The translations under genes were made by a program, and so were the position numbers. The notes below the pieces were generated by a model. That model was not told where the DNA came from. It ran no database searches and saw only the letters and a list, made by a program, of their open reading frames with translations. Shown here in pieces: positions 36,446-49,900 of a stretch of DNA of 64,000 nt. The DNA comes from Anthoceros angustus (lineage: Eukaryota > Plantae > Anthocerotophyta): the NCBI GenBank assembly GCA_010909165.1, contig VJWM01000222.1, positions 186,001 to 250,000 of the forward strand, read 5' to 3'. How positions within the stretch are numbered: position 1 is the first letter of the stretch; every line of letters begins with the position of its first letter.

Positions 36446-39400
36446 ATCCTCCTTGTTGGGGACTAAGATCTGATCTTGGAGGCGTAGTGCGGAGATTGGA
36501 GGAAGAGGCGGAGTCGTCCATCCAACCAGGAGGCAGTGCGATCCGAGAAGGTTGAGTGTTGCAGCACTAAGAGATAGGCTGATGTTTTCGATGGAGAATT
36601 GCCATTGATTATACACGCTTAGGTGTGGTAGTCTCACGATTCTTGAGTTAGCGGTGTCGGAGAAGAGCCATACGTGGAGCCGTTTGTGGATAGAGGCGGT
36701 GGATGTACTTTTACGGCTGGCTGGTTGGGCTAACGGTGGAAACAATTTGCCATTTGACAACATCCGTGCGGTGGTGCATAGGAGAAGTAACCATTGATGG
36801 TGTTCACGAGATCGGGGTGGGTGGCGAAAGGACACTGCCCGTCTTCGATCGAGAAGTGCACGGCGTCTACTACTCGCCATTCAAGAGGACACGGAACAAT
36901 ACGAGACAAACGCGGTCACAAGGCAGTTCGCGATTGGGCGGAGAGTGCAAGAATGGAGCTTGAGTTCACACCAAGTAAGAACGATGTCTTCAGGAAAACA
37001 TGGAAGCATGTCTCTTGCAGTTTGAGGAGAAGTTTCGTTGGGCAATGGCGGAAAACAAGATGAAATACAAGGACGAGTTCACTCGGCGTTCATGAAGATG
37101 TCATCCTACCTTGCGGGTGAGGCTCTAATGTATTACGAGATGAGAAGGCTGGGATCCAAGGTGGCCGAGAAGAGAAGCGTGCAGGAGGCAGCCAAGAGGG
37201 GCTGGTTCATTGCACCCCTCTTGGCGAGGACAAGCTCGAGCATCCGGTGGACTTGATGTTCGCCAAGTTAACCACCATGTTTCCCTACGGGAAAAGATCC
37301 GAGAATATCGAGGTTTTCTTTCGGGCCGAGACATTGCGTGCATCTTACCTCGATTGAAGGTTACGGTGGAAGACACGGATGTGAGACGATGAGGAGGCTG
37401 CGAGATCTTCATGGCGGCGCACGCGAGACAAAGAAGGAAGGTGATGGACTCATGGGCGATGGGAGAGATATCGGTTGATAGCGCCTATCAAATTGAGAAG
37501 GTGCTCAAAGGAGATGCGATGGCCGGGCTTACTTGGAGGATCACGGAGTCGTGAAGGGCCCTTCGCAGTCCGGAGGACACGGAATTCGAGTTTGTTCAAG
37601 GTACGATCGGGAGCGGCCACGATCCTCGGGACATGGCAGCCACATGTGCGAAGGAGGCCCAATGCAGTCAAGTGAAGTGTGGCGGATCTGGGAGGCGCAC
37701 AAGGCGTTGAATGCGACTACAAGCCGTGGTGAAGGGCAAGAAGCTAAGTCTTGTGGCGGATGGGGTCACATGGAGGCAGCGTGTTGGGAAGCTCATCCAG
37801 GGCCCAAGCTTGCATCGGTGAAGGAGAAGGGCAAGGGCCCAAGTCGTAAGGCTCTCCTCGGGCAAGTGGAGGAGCTCAAGAAGGAGATGGCCAACATGGC
37901 CAGCGAGCAGCGGAGGATTTTGTTCTCGACTAGATGAAGATGAGGCGTTTGGCATGATGGCGGTGCAAGAAAAGAAAAGGGTTGTTGACTTTGGTGAAGG
38001 CGTCGCTGCGAAGGAGTGCGGCATCGACCAAGATGCCGGAGAGTTTGCGGTCGAGGAAAACTCCACGACGGAAGGTGTCAAGATCGGTCGAGACGTTGAG
38101 GCGTTCTTTGGACAAGGCCATGGAGGTGCCTGCAGAAGTCTTGTGGATCCGGGAGTGAAGGGCAACAAAAAACATCATGCGAGAATGGTGAGAAAGGAGC
38201 TTGAATCCGCGGGATCTCTTCCTAGTATGGCGGTTGTGTGGCGAGCATCGATGCCGGAGGAGCGAGGTGAAGGAGGTGTTGCCATGATTGATAACACGGG
38301 GCACGTGACCTTTGATGGCTATGCTCCGATGGCGTGCTTGTAGACACGGGAGGATCGGTCTTGGGAGCACGTGCGGGAGGCACTAAAGGTCGGACACAAG
38401 CTCGTTCGCGGCGTGAACATCACCACCTCTGCGACCAAGGGCAGTCTTTGGGAATGACGAGGCCGTGAAGATTGAATTGAAGCCGCGAAGGATGCCGGCA
38501 TCATTGAAGTGAGATGTTTGGTCACCGGTGCAAAGACATATGATGTCTTCTTGGGGTCGGAACTCACCGTCACGCCATGGGGTTGATCCCTTGCTGAAGC
38601 TTTCTGAGACCATTACGGTGGAGAGGAGATTTCACGCATGTTGCACGAATTCCTCTAAGGATGAATAGGAGTGGTGGCAAGAGCGGGCGAGGATGACGGC
38701 GCCATGATTGCCCAGTGCTCGAGTGAGCATCGACATGAGATGTGGGAGGAAGCAGAGTTATCCTCTCGGAATGCCAAGCCAAGAGCGAAGGGTGTGCTCA
38801 AGGTTGTGCGCTCAGAATATTTGGATCAAGCTAGGGTTCGAGAAAACCAGCGAAGGAAGGAGTATCGACCGTGGAATCTCACAGACACATGTCCTGAGAG
38901 GTCGATCCCAGGTATGAGGCCTGCCAAGTCGGGAGATCGACGCATCGACGATGCTCTAGTATGGTGGAAGGTGGGCGCTGAAGGCATCCATCTATTGGAG
39001 CTCGCTCGGGGAATCGATGGCACAGGCGGTGTTGCGTGTGGCGTCAAGATACGGCAATATACTGCGTGGAAAAGGATGAGAAGATTCGAGTCGCTAGGTG
39101 AATCCTCGGGGTTCGCAACATATCGAGAGCGGTTCGAGGTCGAGGCGGCTGCCTGAGGTGAACTGGTTGGGAAGCGGCGGCTAGAAGCCTTATCAAGTGG
39201 ATATCTTGATCGCGGGATGGGAATGCAAGACATTTTCGGAGCGAGGCAAAGGTGAAGGCGTTTCGTTGGCGGCTCGCCGAATCACGCGAGAAGTCCAGTT
39301 GCGAATCCGATGTTGGTACATTCTGGAGAATGTGTGTGCGACCATGGACAAGCGTCCAATTTATTAGTATGAAGAGATTCGGGCGTGGTTCGGCAATGAG

Positions 39401-42400
39401 TTGATCATGGGCCGCGGTGCGTGGCTCATATGCACACAGCTTGATTCTTGGACAAATGTGGGTGGTGGTGCTCGAGGCACAGAATTTGACTCGGCGGAAG
39501 GTTGTGGATGATATCCTAGAGTTGGGAAGGTGCTCACAATGAAGCGGATGGACAAGTTGCCATTTTACCCGAATCGAGTAGGGGAAGCCGGAAGGGCATG
39601 GCCAACTCGGTGAGCACACCGCAATCTTATGCCTTGACCGGAGGAGATGGTGTGATTCGGATTTGAAGGGAATGAGCTTGGAGCTCAATGTTGAGGCGAG
39701 CAAGCGATGGGCTTTGCCAAGAAGGACACTCGGACCATGGGCATCACGAATGCAAGGTGCGGGATGCTTGGGCAGCATTTGACTATGCGAGGTGGTGGTA
39801 AGCCAGCTTGGCGTTCCAACTTGCAAGAAGGGCAGCCTTCCTCCAACTACTGCGGGATAAAGAGGTTCCTAAGGCAGAGGAAGATGAGCTGCTGGAGAGA
39901 TTCACATGGCGGTGGATCGAACTGTCTACCAAGAGTGTGACGAAGAGGTTCATGTATGGCACATTGCGTAAGATGTGAGCCGGAAGATAAGGAAAATCAT
40001 CAACATGCTTGAGAAAAACAAGGGTGCTTTTGCATTCGATTGGAAGGAGTGGTAGGTATGAGAAGATCAAGTTCAAGTAGTGACGACTCATGAAGAGCCC
40101 GTCTTGAGGCACCGCCTCGATTCTGAGAATGGGAGATTGTTGACAAACGCCAAGAGTTGTTTGAGCGGGGTTGATAAGAAAATCAAGCTCTCAATATCTT
40201 CTGCGACCGCTCCAAAAGGATGAGAACGGTGAATGGAAGGGACGGAGGATGTGTGGCGACTACCGACCTCTAAGAGGTGACTCCTATGGGAGTACCCCTA
40301 CCTCAGGGCGAGATTTTTGATGCCATAGGTAAGGCAAAGTTCTTTACCGGCTTGGACTTCCGCTCAGCTTCAACCAAATTGTGATTGAAGAGCGACAAGT
40401 GCAAGACCTGGGGAAGGACCAGCTTTGGGAGTGGGAGACAATGCCGTTTGGGCTGAAAAAATGCTTCTATATATTTCCAAGAATTGCGGATCTAGAGTGC
40501 GGGGGCGCCATTTGTGCGTTGCTACATAGATGATATCCTGGTCTTGAGAGACAATCGAAGAACATATGGAGCATCTAGAGATATTGCTGACATCAAGCTC
40601 GGGTTTGAAAGCTCATCCTAAGAAATGCAAGTTTGCTTTCCAGGATATCGGGGCATGAGATAGTACCGGAGGCATCATGCCTGGCTAAGGTGCAGCCGTG
40701 ATGCAAATGCCTAGACCAAAGGATGTAGCGCTCTTAGAGCCTTCACAGGTTTGGTGAACTATTACAGGAGGTTTATGAAGGACCTCGGTTCCATGTAAAC
40801 CTCTGAGCTGATGAAGAAAGACATTGCATGGAAATGGGACCAAGACCAGAGTTGGCTTGGCAAGATCTTGGGACCGTTGGCGGAGAAGCCTATCTTGGAT
40901 TTGATCACCCTTTCACTGCACCTGAGCCACTGGAATTGGAGCGGTGTTGTCACAACATGGTGCGATGGTGTTGAGAGTGATAGCTTATGCAAGCCGATCT
41001 AACAACTCAAGTGAACTACTCCTCATATGAGGGAGAGTGTATGGGCGATTCGCATTTGTGGTCTATCTATGGAAGGCGTTTTCAATGGTCACGGATCACC
41101 GCCACTTCATTGGTGATGACCAACATGAAGTTGAGTGGTAAGCTAGCTGGGCGCTGCTCTTACGATATGGAGATCGTGCACAGGCGCAAGGTACATCACA
41201 ATGCGGATGGGCTAGCGAAACCACTGAGTGACAAGGATGTCACAGAGCTCGGCAGGATGAGGGCACATGGTGCACCCAGCTTCATGGCACTCATGGCGGG
41301 ATAGATGATCATGAAGAAGGACATGTCTTGTGAGTCCGTCGAGGATGTTTGGAGACATCCTCAAGCCATGATTCTTGAAGGAAGGCCGGCCTGGAATGTG
41401 AAGCGAGCTTGGCTAAACTCGGGCGTGGCGGATACTCATGGGAAGATGGTGAGTCACTCGTCGAAGGAGAAAGGAAAGTACCAAGTCCCGAGGAAAGAGT
41501 GGGCATAGTGACCAAGGTGCGAAACCCTTGGCCACTTTGGTGTGAAGAGGACACACCACATGTTGAAAACGTACTTACAGTGGGGATGTGCGGATGTCGA
41601 GAAGGTGGTGGCTAAGTGTCTGCATGATCAGTCAAAGCTGATTTAACACCAGGATGTGGTGTTGCACCCTACCAATCAATTCTTTAGATGGTCGGTTGAC
41701 CTTATGCGAGCTTCCTCTCACAAAGCAAGGTAACCGACATTGCATGGTCATGATTGAGCATTTCTCTAAGTGGGTTGAAGTAGTTCTTACCACGAGAACT
41801 CGCATTACACCAGCTTTTGCGTGTGTGCTCGGCCGATTTGGGGCTGGAGGTGCTCAGACCGAGTGAGTTTGAGGTGAATTCGGACCTTGGGCAGAGTCTC
41901 ATTGATCACGGAGGACATCGAGGATCATCCACGGATGGCACAGCGAAACTAGTGCAGACCTTCAAGGATGCACTAAGGAAATCTTGCATTCTTGTGGAGC
42001 CCAAGTGTTGGGATGAATTGCTCCTTACATCGTGTTGGGAGTCGTGTGTCTGACTCTTGGAAGTTTCATCCATACTTTTTGTTATTCGGACGCAGTGTTG
42101 AATGTATGGTGAAGGACACTTACTCCATCCTGGTGGAGCAAAGATGCAAATGTGTGCACGAGTTCAAGCAGGAGGTATTTCAAAGAATTCTTCCCATGGC
42201 TATGGACAATTTGGGCATGTGACATCGGGACCGGTGAGGTATGCTTATCTGGGGCTCGTGGAAGCCCAAAGCCCCAAGTTTGCATCGGAGATTGTGTACG
42301 GCACAGCACAGCTGCAAGCACGTTAGATGTGAGGCTTATCTTGAGAGTTGTCGAGTTGGTGAGCAAGGTGTGGTTGAACTTGAAGGAAGAGATGGCGAAG

Positions 42401-42484
42401 GTGCAAGGAACACATGAAGCATTTGGCTCCATGCCATTTGCACGATCTGGATACAGGCATGCCTCGGACACAGGCGCCACCAGA

Positions 42485-42620
42485 TTTGCCACAGGAGGAG
42501 TGTGGGCACAAGCCGAAGAATTCATGTTGCTATGTGACAGTGTAGTGGTTACCATCTGTTTTGCCTCAAACCGATCTTGGGCGGTGTTCCGGAAGGAGAA
42601 TGGCTATGTGAAGCATGTGC
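42485..42620 (+). other. PHD finger coding segment (family B)
   Basis: Joined frames give DLP.EECGH..AEEFMLLCD.C.GYHLFCLKP.LGGVPEGEWLCEAC. A mirror copy lies at ~51180-51320 (-). Confidence 0.85.
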
Positions 42621-42631
42621 TAAGTGTGAGC

Positions 42632-44157
42632 ATGGCTCTTACGGAAGGTGGTCGATGTTGTCTTAAATTCACACACACGTTGGAAGCTGGCTTGGCAGTG
42701 CATGAAGAAGGACACAAGATGCTTGGGGCCAAATTCACAAATGGGATCTTGCACATGCTAAGGCGGTGAGTTGTTGCGAAGCCGATGCTGCATGTGCAAG
42801 GAATTGTGAAAGAGGAATTACAGACGTACGGAGGGGCGACAAGGGTCTAATTCCCCTAGGCGAGAGGTGGGGCACATAGCTGAGGAGCATCTCATTTTGG
42901 AAGAGGAACCTTTGCATGCAAGCCCGGCCGGGCGGTTGAGAATTCCTCACAGTGTTTCTAAAGGTGGTTTTTGGAGCTGGATAGAGCGTCATGGTCGCCC
43001 GTTTCATGCGCATAGGAGAAGGCGTAAAAGTCTTGCCCTATCCGCATTCGGGGTGAAGCGTCAAGAGGAAGTGCCAGCGTCACCCAAGCGCAAGAGGGAC
43101 GGCGCAAGCATCCTTTGTCGAGATCATGGAAGCGGCAAAGTTTGAGGCAAACGATCTCAACCGAGCGGTGGTGCCCGGAGGACGAAGATCGCCTCCGCGC
43201 AAAGGAGCACACGCCCCGCCTCCAAGGCAGTGGGCGCCTCGAGCACCTCGGTACACATGTATGATGTCGGCTTCGGTGCTGAAAATTCGAGTTGGGGGCT
43301 GTTCTCACCGCTGACCATGGAGGAGGTCTCGCTGGCGAGGTGGAGATCTTGGAATCATGCCCTCCGAGTGTGCTATGATGCCGTCAATTCAAGCAAGGTT
43401 TGGGCGGATGGACCCCAATTTGTGGATGATGAATGCGGGTAAGTGGAGCATCTTCTACTCCCGATATGACCCGGAGCAGGTATTCCACAGAAGTTATGAT
43501 GAGCTTCATTCTTCCTCGTATGTTGAGGAGCATCATGAAAGGGTGGAGCATTATCCCGGAACAAGGATTTGTTTGAGCTCAGTCAGTCCTGGCGTTTGAC
43601 TGGACAAGCTATCTGAGAGGGTGCATGGAGGAAGTTGCATCACTTCCAAATGCATCAATGGTTTGATGGGATGAGTTGCCGTGTTCGTTGTTGGGGAGAC
43701 ACATACCCTCGTCGCTTGATTTTTCTCAAGGAATGGTTTCGAGTTTTCCACCATCTGCAGACGGGCATCATGTGGTAGGATGGCCTCGCGTTTACATTCG
43801 ACCAACAAATTGAGGACCCCTCATGTTGATCGGCTTGGACTCGAGAGGAGAAGAATGCTTTCAAGCTGTCTCGAGGCTGCCACCGCATCTACACTTCACA
43901 GTTACCGTTTTCAATTACCCAACACGGAAGCTTACATGGATCTTTGGATGACGGGATGGCGTACATCCTGCTTTCGATGCGAAGCGCTTTGTGGAAGAAC
44001 AGTTGTGATCTCTGGATTCAAGCGCGGTGAGATTACTAAGCAGGGAGGCAGAAGACCCATCGATGATGAGGATCTGAAGATGACGCCATTCCTCCTCCTC
44101 GGACCACCCCTCGGTGTTGGACAAGCTTCGTTCTCGATGGTGGGGGGGCGTTGGTAA
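42632..44157 (+). pseudogene. Extra ORF of unknown function downstream of family B pol (frameshifted)
   Basis: Protein-like fragments are shared with the mirror copy (49650-51165): GHIAEEHLILEEEPL, AAKFEANDLN/AAEFEANGLN, TMEEVS, GPQFVDDE, GIPPEVM.SF. It contains basic clusters (RRRRK, PKRKR). Confidence 0.55.
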
Positions 44158-45219
44158 ATTGTTTGTGTTTTCTAGGCCACATGGTCTAAACAATTTTGTG
44201 GGAAACCGGTGGCTAGGCCTCCAAGTTTCCCAGTATTCCTTCAGGCTCTCTTAGGCCTTGCCTTGTTGGTCATAGGCCAAGGACAATTTAGGCTAGATTG
44301 TTGCTCTGGGCCAAGGCCAAGGAGATCGCAGCAGGAGCTAGTGCTTAGACTTAGCTTTGTAGCTAGGTAGGCATGCGGCTATCACGCTGCTGTGACAGTC
44401 GTCATCTTATTCTTGTATGGAAACAGAGCACCTAAGACTCTATGGATGATACTAGAGCATCCAGCCACGAATGCGATAGATCTTGTTGGAGCATCTCGGG
44501 CATAAGCCACGATCTTTGAAGTGCTTGATGATGTCATGTACATGGCCCATGGATGGCCTGCACATGACATGTATGCCATGTATGCATGTGTGCCATGTAT
44601 GCATGCGTGTGGAGATGAAGGATGACATGTGATGTGGACATGTGGCGGGTGATGTGTCATGGCGCATGCAATCTATATGCATGGTATGCATGTAAGGCGG
44701 TGCTATAGCGCATATATAGATGATTTATATTAGAAAATACATAAAAAATAAATCAAGGAAAAGGCGAATAGGGTTAAACACATAAAATATTATTATTTGA
44801 AGGCCAAGGAAAGTAGGATTATAAAGTGCCCACCATCGATACGGGTGGACACTTCATCGAACTCCCGGGGTTTTGCCTATATATGTAGGCACCATGGATT
44901 CTTGGATTGTTGATGTTTGTCTTGTTCTAATAGACAGCCATACCGTCCTCGTGTCTTTGTCTCCTAGAGGTTCTTGTGGTTCGTTGCATTGCCGGGTTGG
45001 GAGAATTTTCCATCCCGATTTCCTTTCATTCTGACCCAGGCTGTCTCTTAAGCGGACCATTGCCCTCATGCCTTGCCCTTGGTCATGGGCCAAGGACAAT
45101 TGTAGGTTATTGCTCCCGGCCATAGGCCAAGGAGATCATGTGCTAGTGCTTAGAGACTTAGCTTTGTAGAGGCGGCTAGGTAGGCATGCGACTGTCATGC
45201 GGTGCCCGCGACACGCCTC

Positions 45220-46760
45220 CTCTAAAATCAAGCGGCGCGCGGTTGTGCCTAACCCTACGGCGATGGGGTTCCCCTCGCCGCTCTCCTGCCCGCCACGCCT
45301 ACGTCCGGCGATTCTCCCCAAAACCTCCACCTCACTCGCCGCCTGCGGTTTCTTGGCGTCTTCCGTGGGCGTCGGCGTCTATAGGCCCTATGCCTGTTAT
45401 TCCGCCTCCTCATTTGGGACAGCCCTGCAGTGCTCGCCCTCCACGCCTCGGCCTCACTTCGCTCATTTCCTCGATCACCACTTGGGGGGATAGGGCCCGC
45501 TCGTTGAAAGAACCCGTACACGCCCGTGGCGGTCAAGATGCAGTGAGTTTACGCCTCCTCTTCCTTTTCCCTTGAAACCTCCCACCCTCATCCGATCTTC
45601 CGGAGGCGCGCATTCCCTGAATCCTTCCCTCCTCCTTATACTCCTCCTCCTCCACCTTGAGGTCTCTCGACCGATTTCCGGCTATATGAAAGGCGGCACG
45701 GCCAACTCAGGTTAGGCATCCAGAATGCTCAAACACATGAATCAAAAAGGGTGAAATCAAGGAAGGCCGAGGGGAGGGGGAGAGCAAATTCGCCTTCTCT
45801 TCACAAGCTCTTTCAAAAATCATCCTCCCCCAATCGATCTGCGTCCCCTTGACCACCTCATGAAGAAAGACCAGGAAGTGGTCCGCCATGTGATTTAACT
45901 TTCGATTCTGAAGGAAACATAAAATCCACTTGGCCAACCAACATTTATACAAACAGTGGCGGAGTCACCCATTGTTAACTCTACTTTGAGCTTCATGAGC
46001 GCAGGCTGCGCCTTCGAGTTTTCTTCCTCTGCAGTCGATCAACAGATCCTATCTTCCGATTCTTCCCACCCATACACGGCTCGGAAGAGCCCCAAATCCC
46101 AATTTTGCGCCTCTTCCTTCGCCGCCCTCTTGCGTTTTGGTTCCCGATTGGCGGGCACTCCGCACTAATCTTTGGTACATGCTTCCATTTCTTCTCCATG
46201 AAATCTAGGGCCCGGTTCACACAAGATTGCCAGCTCTAACCTTCCGATGGTCCATGTTGGGCCGTAGTGGGAATTTCTGCAGCTCGGCGCCATCTCCCTT
46301 CCTCCTTCGCCTTCAAAAACCTCGGCTCTCCTGCAGACCCAGAGGGAAAAGCACCACCTCGTTGTGGAGCAAAAAGTTTGGGCAACCCATTGGTTTTAAG
46401 TGAGTTGTTTTTGAACAGTCCAATTCTTTTGATAGAAATGGTTTGGTGGAAACATAAAAATGTTTTTTGTTCGATTGAAGCCGGAGTTGTAGGATGTTGC
46501 CTCGGGAAGGCGGAGAGGACTTAGGGAAAAGCGGATCGAAATGACCTTCTAGTGAGGGAGGGTAGGAGACATATGTGAACGGTAGGAGATGTCCACCGGT
46601 AGGAGGTATCCTACCGTAGGAAAAACTCTCCTACCACTTGAGGCTAAGTGGAGAACTCCTACCACCATAGGTATGGGTGGAGAAACGTCCTACCACTATA
46701 GGTAGTTGCCCAGCTATGCTTTTTTTGATGACCCACCAACAGAGTAGCTCCTACCACGCA
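45220..46760 (-). pseudogene. Athila/Tat-like accessory ORF remnant with upstream cctacc/ggtagg repeat tract
   Basis: ORF 45707..45952 has YKCWLAKWILCFLQ...HEVVKGTQIDWGRMIFE...ISPFLIHVFEH, similar to the 8053..8256 peptide. Mirrored at 47000-48570. Confidence 0.5.
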
Positions 46761-46948
46761 GTAGGAAAAGGGTGAAAAGGCACTTGTCAAGGGAAATAGC
46801 TTGAGGTTGCTGCAAGCAGCTGATGACAATCTTGAGGCTTTTGCTGTATCTCACTTCTTCTTCCAGCGTGTGGCAGAGTGCTGCCTTCCCCTTAAACTAA
46901 TTGGTGGCCCCCAATAATCAGGCCTTTGCCTACTGCCAAACCTATCAA

Positions 46949-49900
46949 CAGCTATGTGCAGCAACCTCAAACTATTTCCAGCAGCCGGTGCCTTCACCTT
47001 TTCCCTCTGAGTGGTGAGACCTCCCTCTGTTGGTAGGTCGTCAACTAGCTAGGCCGCTTACCTATGGTGGTGGGACATTCTCTCTGCGCCACCTATGGTG
47101 GTAGGAGTTCTCTCCGCCAGCCTACGGTGGTGAGTTTTTCCCTACGGTGGTAGGATACCTCCTACCGAGGTGGGTTATCTCTGGATTCCACGTATGTCTC
47201 ACCCTCCTGCTCAGAAAGTCGTTTCATTCAGTTTCTTTTCCTAGTGTCCTCTCTTGCCTTCATGGCAACATCCTACAACTCCGGCTTCAATGAACAAAAC
47301 ATTTTTTTAGCATGTTTCCACCATCATTTTCTATCAAAAGAATTCGGACAATTAAAACAACTCCATGACTTGATTGCCCAAACTTTTGGGTCCTTGAGGG
47401 TGGTGCTTTCCCTCTCGACCAGTCTGCCCAGGCCATTTTTGAAGCGAGGAGGAGGAGATGGCGCCTCGAGCATGGCGGTCCACCATACGGTGGCCCAGCA
47501 TGGACCAGAGGTTAAGCCTTGATCTTGTGAGGCCCAGGGCCTGGTTCATGGAAGAAATGGTGCCACGGCCAGCCCGGCAGTAGTGCAGTGTACATGGCCC
47601 AGGAACCCAGCAAAGGGCGGCGCATGAGGAAGAGGCCGCGTTGGGATTGGGGCTCTTAGAGCCGATATGGGTGGGAAGAATGGGAAGATAGGAGCATTGA
47701 TGGGCTTCAGGAGAGAAAACTCGGTACCCAATGACCCAGCTCATGAAGCACAGGGAAGTAGGTTAACAATGGATGGGTATTTCATGACTCGATGGTATAA
47801 AATTTGGTTGGGTTGTGAAGTGGATTATGTTTCGCCGAGGTCGAAAGTTGAAATCACATAGCGGACCCACTTCACGGTCTTTCTTCATGAGGGTGTGGTC
47901 AGAGGAATGTGGATCGATTAAGGGGAGGATGATTTTTGCAGAAGAGCTTGTAGAGAAAGGCGATTTGCTCTCCCACCCTCAACCTTCAATTTCACCCTTT
48001 TTGATTCATGTAAATTTTGACATTACTGGATGCCCCATGAGTTAGGAAGCCGATACTGCGCCTTTCACTTAGGCTGGAAGTGATCGAGAGACCTCAAGGT
48101 GGACGGAGGAGGAGGTATAAGGAGGATTCGAGGAAGGATTCCATTGATTTGGGGAATCGCCTCCTGCGGAAGATTCGGATGAGGTGGGGAGAGGTTTCCA
48201 AGGGGAAAGGAAGAGGGAGGCGAAACTAATTGGCTGCACATCTTAGCCTTGTACAGGCGTGTACGGTGGTTCTTTCGAGCGGCAAGGGGCTGGGGCCTAT
48301 CCCCCAAAGTGGTGATCGAGAAATGGCGAAGCGGAGGCACGAGGCAGTGGAGGCGGAGCACAGTGTGGGTTGTCCGGCCCGATGAGGAGGCGGAATAACG
48401 GGCATGGGAGCCTATGGGCGCGGCCTTACGGGAAGCGAAAAACCCCATGAGCGGCAGCAGTGAGTGAGAGGTTTTGGGGAGAATCGCTCCTGGATCGGGC
48501 GGGGGAGGCGGGCGAGGAACCCCCATCGGCCGACGGATGCGGCTAAGCAGACCCTTGGATCTGTATGATTTAGAAGGCGTGTCATGCAGCGGCCGACGCC
48601 TCGGCTGCATACCTACTAGCACATCTACAAGCTAAGTCTCTAAGCACTAGCTATTTTGCTGCGATCTCCTTGGCCTATGGCCGGGAGGCAACAATCTTAA
48701 CCTAATACAAATTGTCCCTTGGCCTATGACCAAGGGCAAGGCTACAAAAGAAATTTGAGTGCCTTTAAGAGGCAGGCCGAGGGCGTGAACGAGTGAAATC
48801 AAGGGATGGAAAATTCTCCCAACAATGCGAACCACAAGAACCTCTAGGAGACAAAGACACAGCGAGGACAGTATGGGCATCTGTTGAACAAGACAAACAT
48901 CAACAATCCAGAATCCATGGTGGTGCCCACATATATAGGCAAAACCCCGAGTTCTCGATGGAAGTCCACCACGTATCGATGGTGGGCACTTTATAATCCT
49001 ACTTTCCTTGGCCTTGAAATAATAATATTTTATGTGTTTATGACCTATTATCCTTTTCCTTGATTTATGATTTTTATGTATTTTCTAATATAAATACGCT
49101 ATCTATATATGCGTCATTGCGCCTTACATACATAACCATGCATATAGATTACATCATGACATCACACGCCACATGTCATCACATGTCATCCTTCATCTCC
49201 ATACATGCATACACACATGCATACATGGCATACATGTATGTCATGCGGCCATGTCCATGGCCATGTACATGACACTTGACGCCGGGGCTTATGCGAGATG
49301 CTCCGATCGATATCTAGTCATTTCGGCATTGGGGCTTATGCCGGGATGCTCTGTCGATATCCGGTCATAGAGTCTTAGGTGCTGTTTATGACATGCGGCA
49401 TGTCGTGGCCCGCGCGTATGCCTACCCCGTCTACAAAGCTAAGTCACCTAAGCACACACGCTGCGATCTCCTTGGCCTATGGCGGGGCAATAACCTAGCC
49501 ATAAATTGTCCTTGGCCTATGACCAAGGGCAAGGCTACAAAGGGGTAGTGCCTAAGAGGGGCGGGGGGGACCCCACAGGAAACTTGGAGGCCTAGCCAGT
49601 TTCCCACAAAGTGTCTAGACCATCTTTGAAAAACACAATTGCTTACCAACGTCCCACCATAGCTTGTCCAACAGCGGTGGTTACGCGAGGAGGAGGAATG
49701 GCGTCATCTTGAGATCCTCATCATCGATGGGTCTTCTTGTGCCTCATAATCTCATTTGGGCTTGAATCGGAGGATCAACTTTGTTCTTCCACAAAGCTTA
49801 CTGCATGAGGCGGAAAGCAGGATGTATGCCATCATCCGACATCCATGTGTCCCTTGTAAGCTTGGGTTGATGGTGAAAACTACGGGAAGTGTAGATGTGG

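Larger units (their letters stand above)
35811..45213 (+). mobile_element. Ty3/gypsy family B, apparently full length, with PHD finger, 3' extra ORF and split direct repeats
   Basis: Zinc knuckle KSCGGWGHMEAACW (37745-37790), protease FDGYAPMACL.DTG (38310-38350), RT RMCGDYR, WETMPFGLKNA and CYIDDILV (40245-40545), RNase H NYSSYEGEC (41015), integrase IEHFSKWVEVV (41753), PHD 42485-42620. Repeats: A1 35811-36445, B1 44243-44397, A2 44401-45025, B2 45045-45213. Confidence 0.9.

Noticed and set aside
44139-44152. G-rich tract ggtgggggggcg as the PPT of family B
   Set aside because: It lies ~250 bp upstream of the repeat shared with the 5' end and is not followed by sequence matching A1. It cannot be confirmed as a canonical PPT, though a priming role is not excluded.
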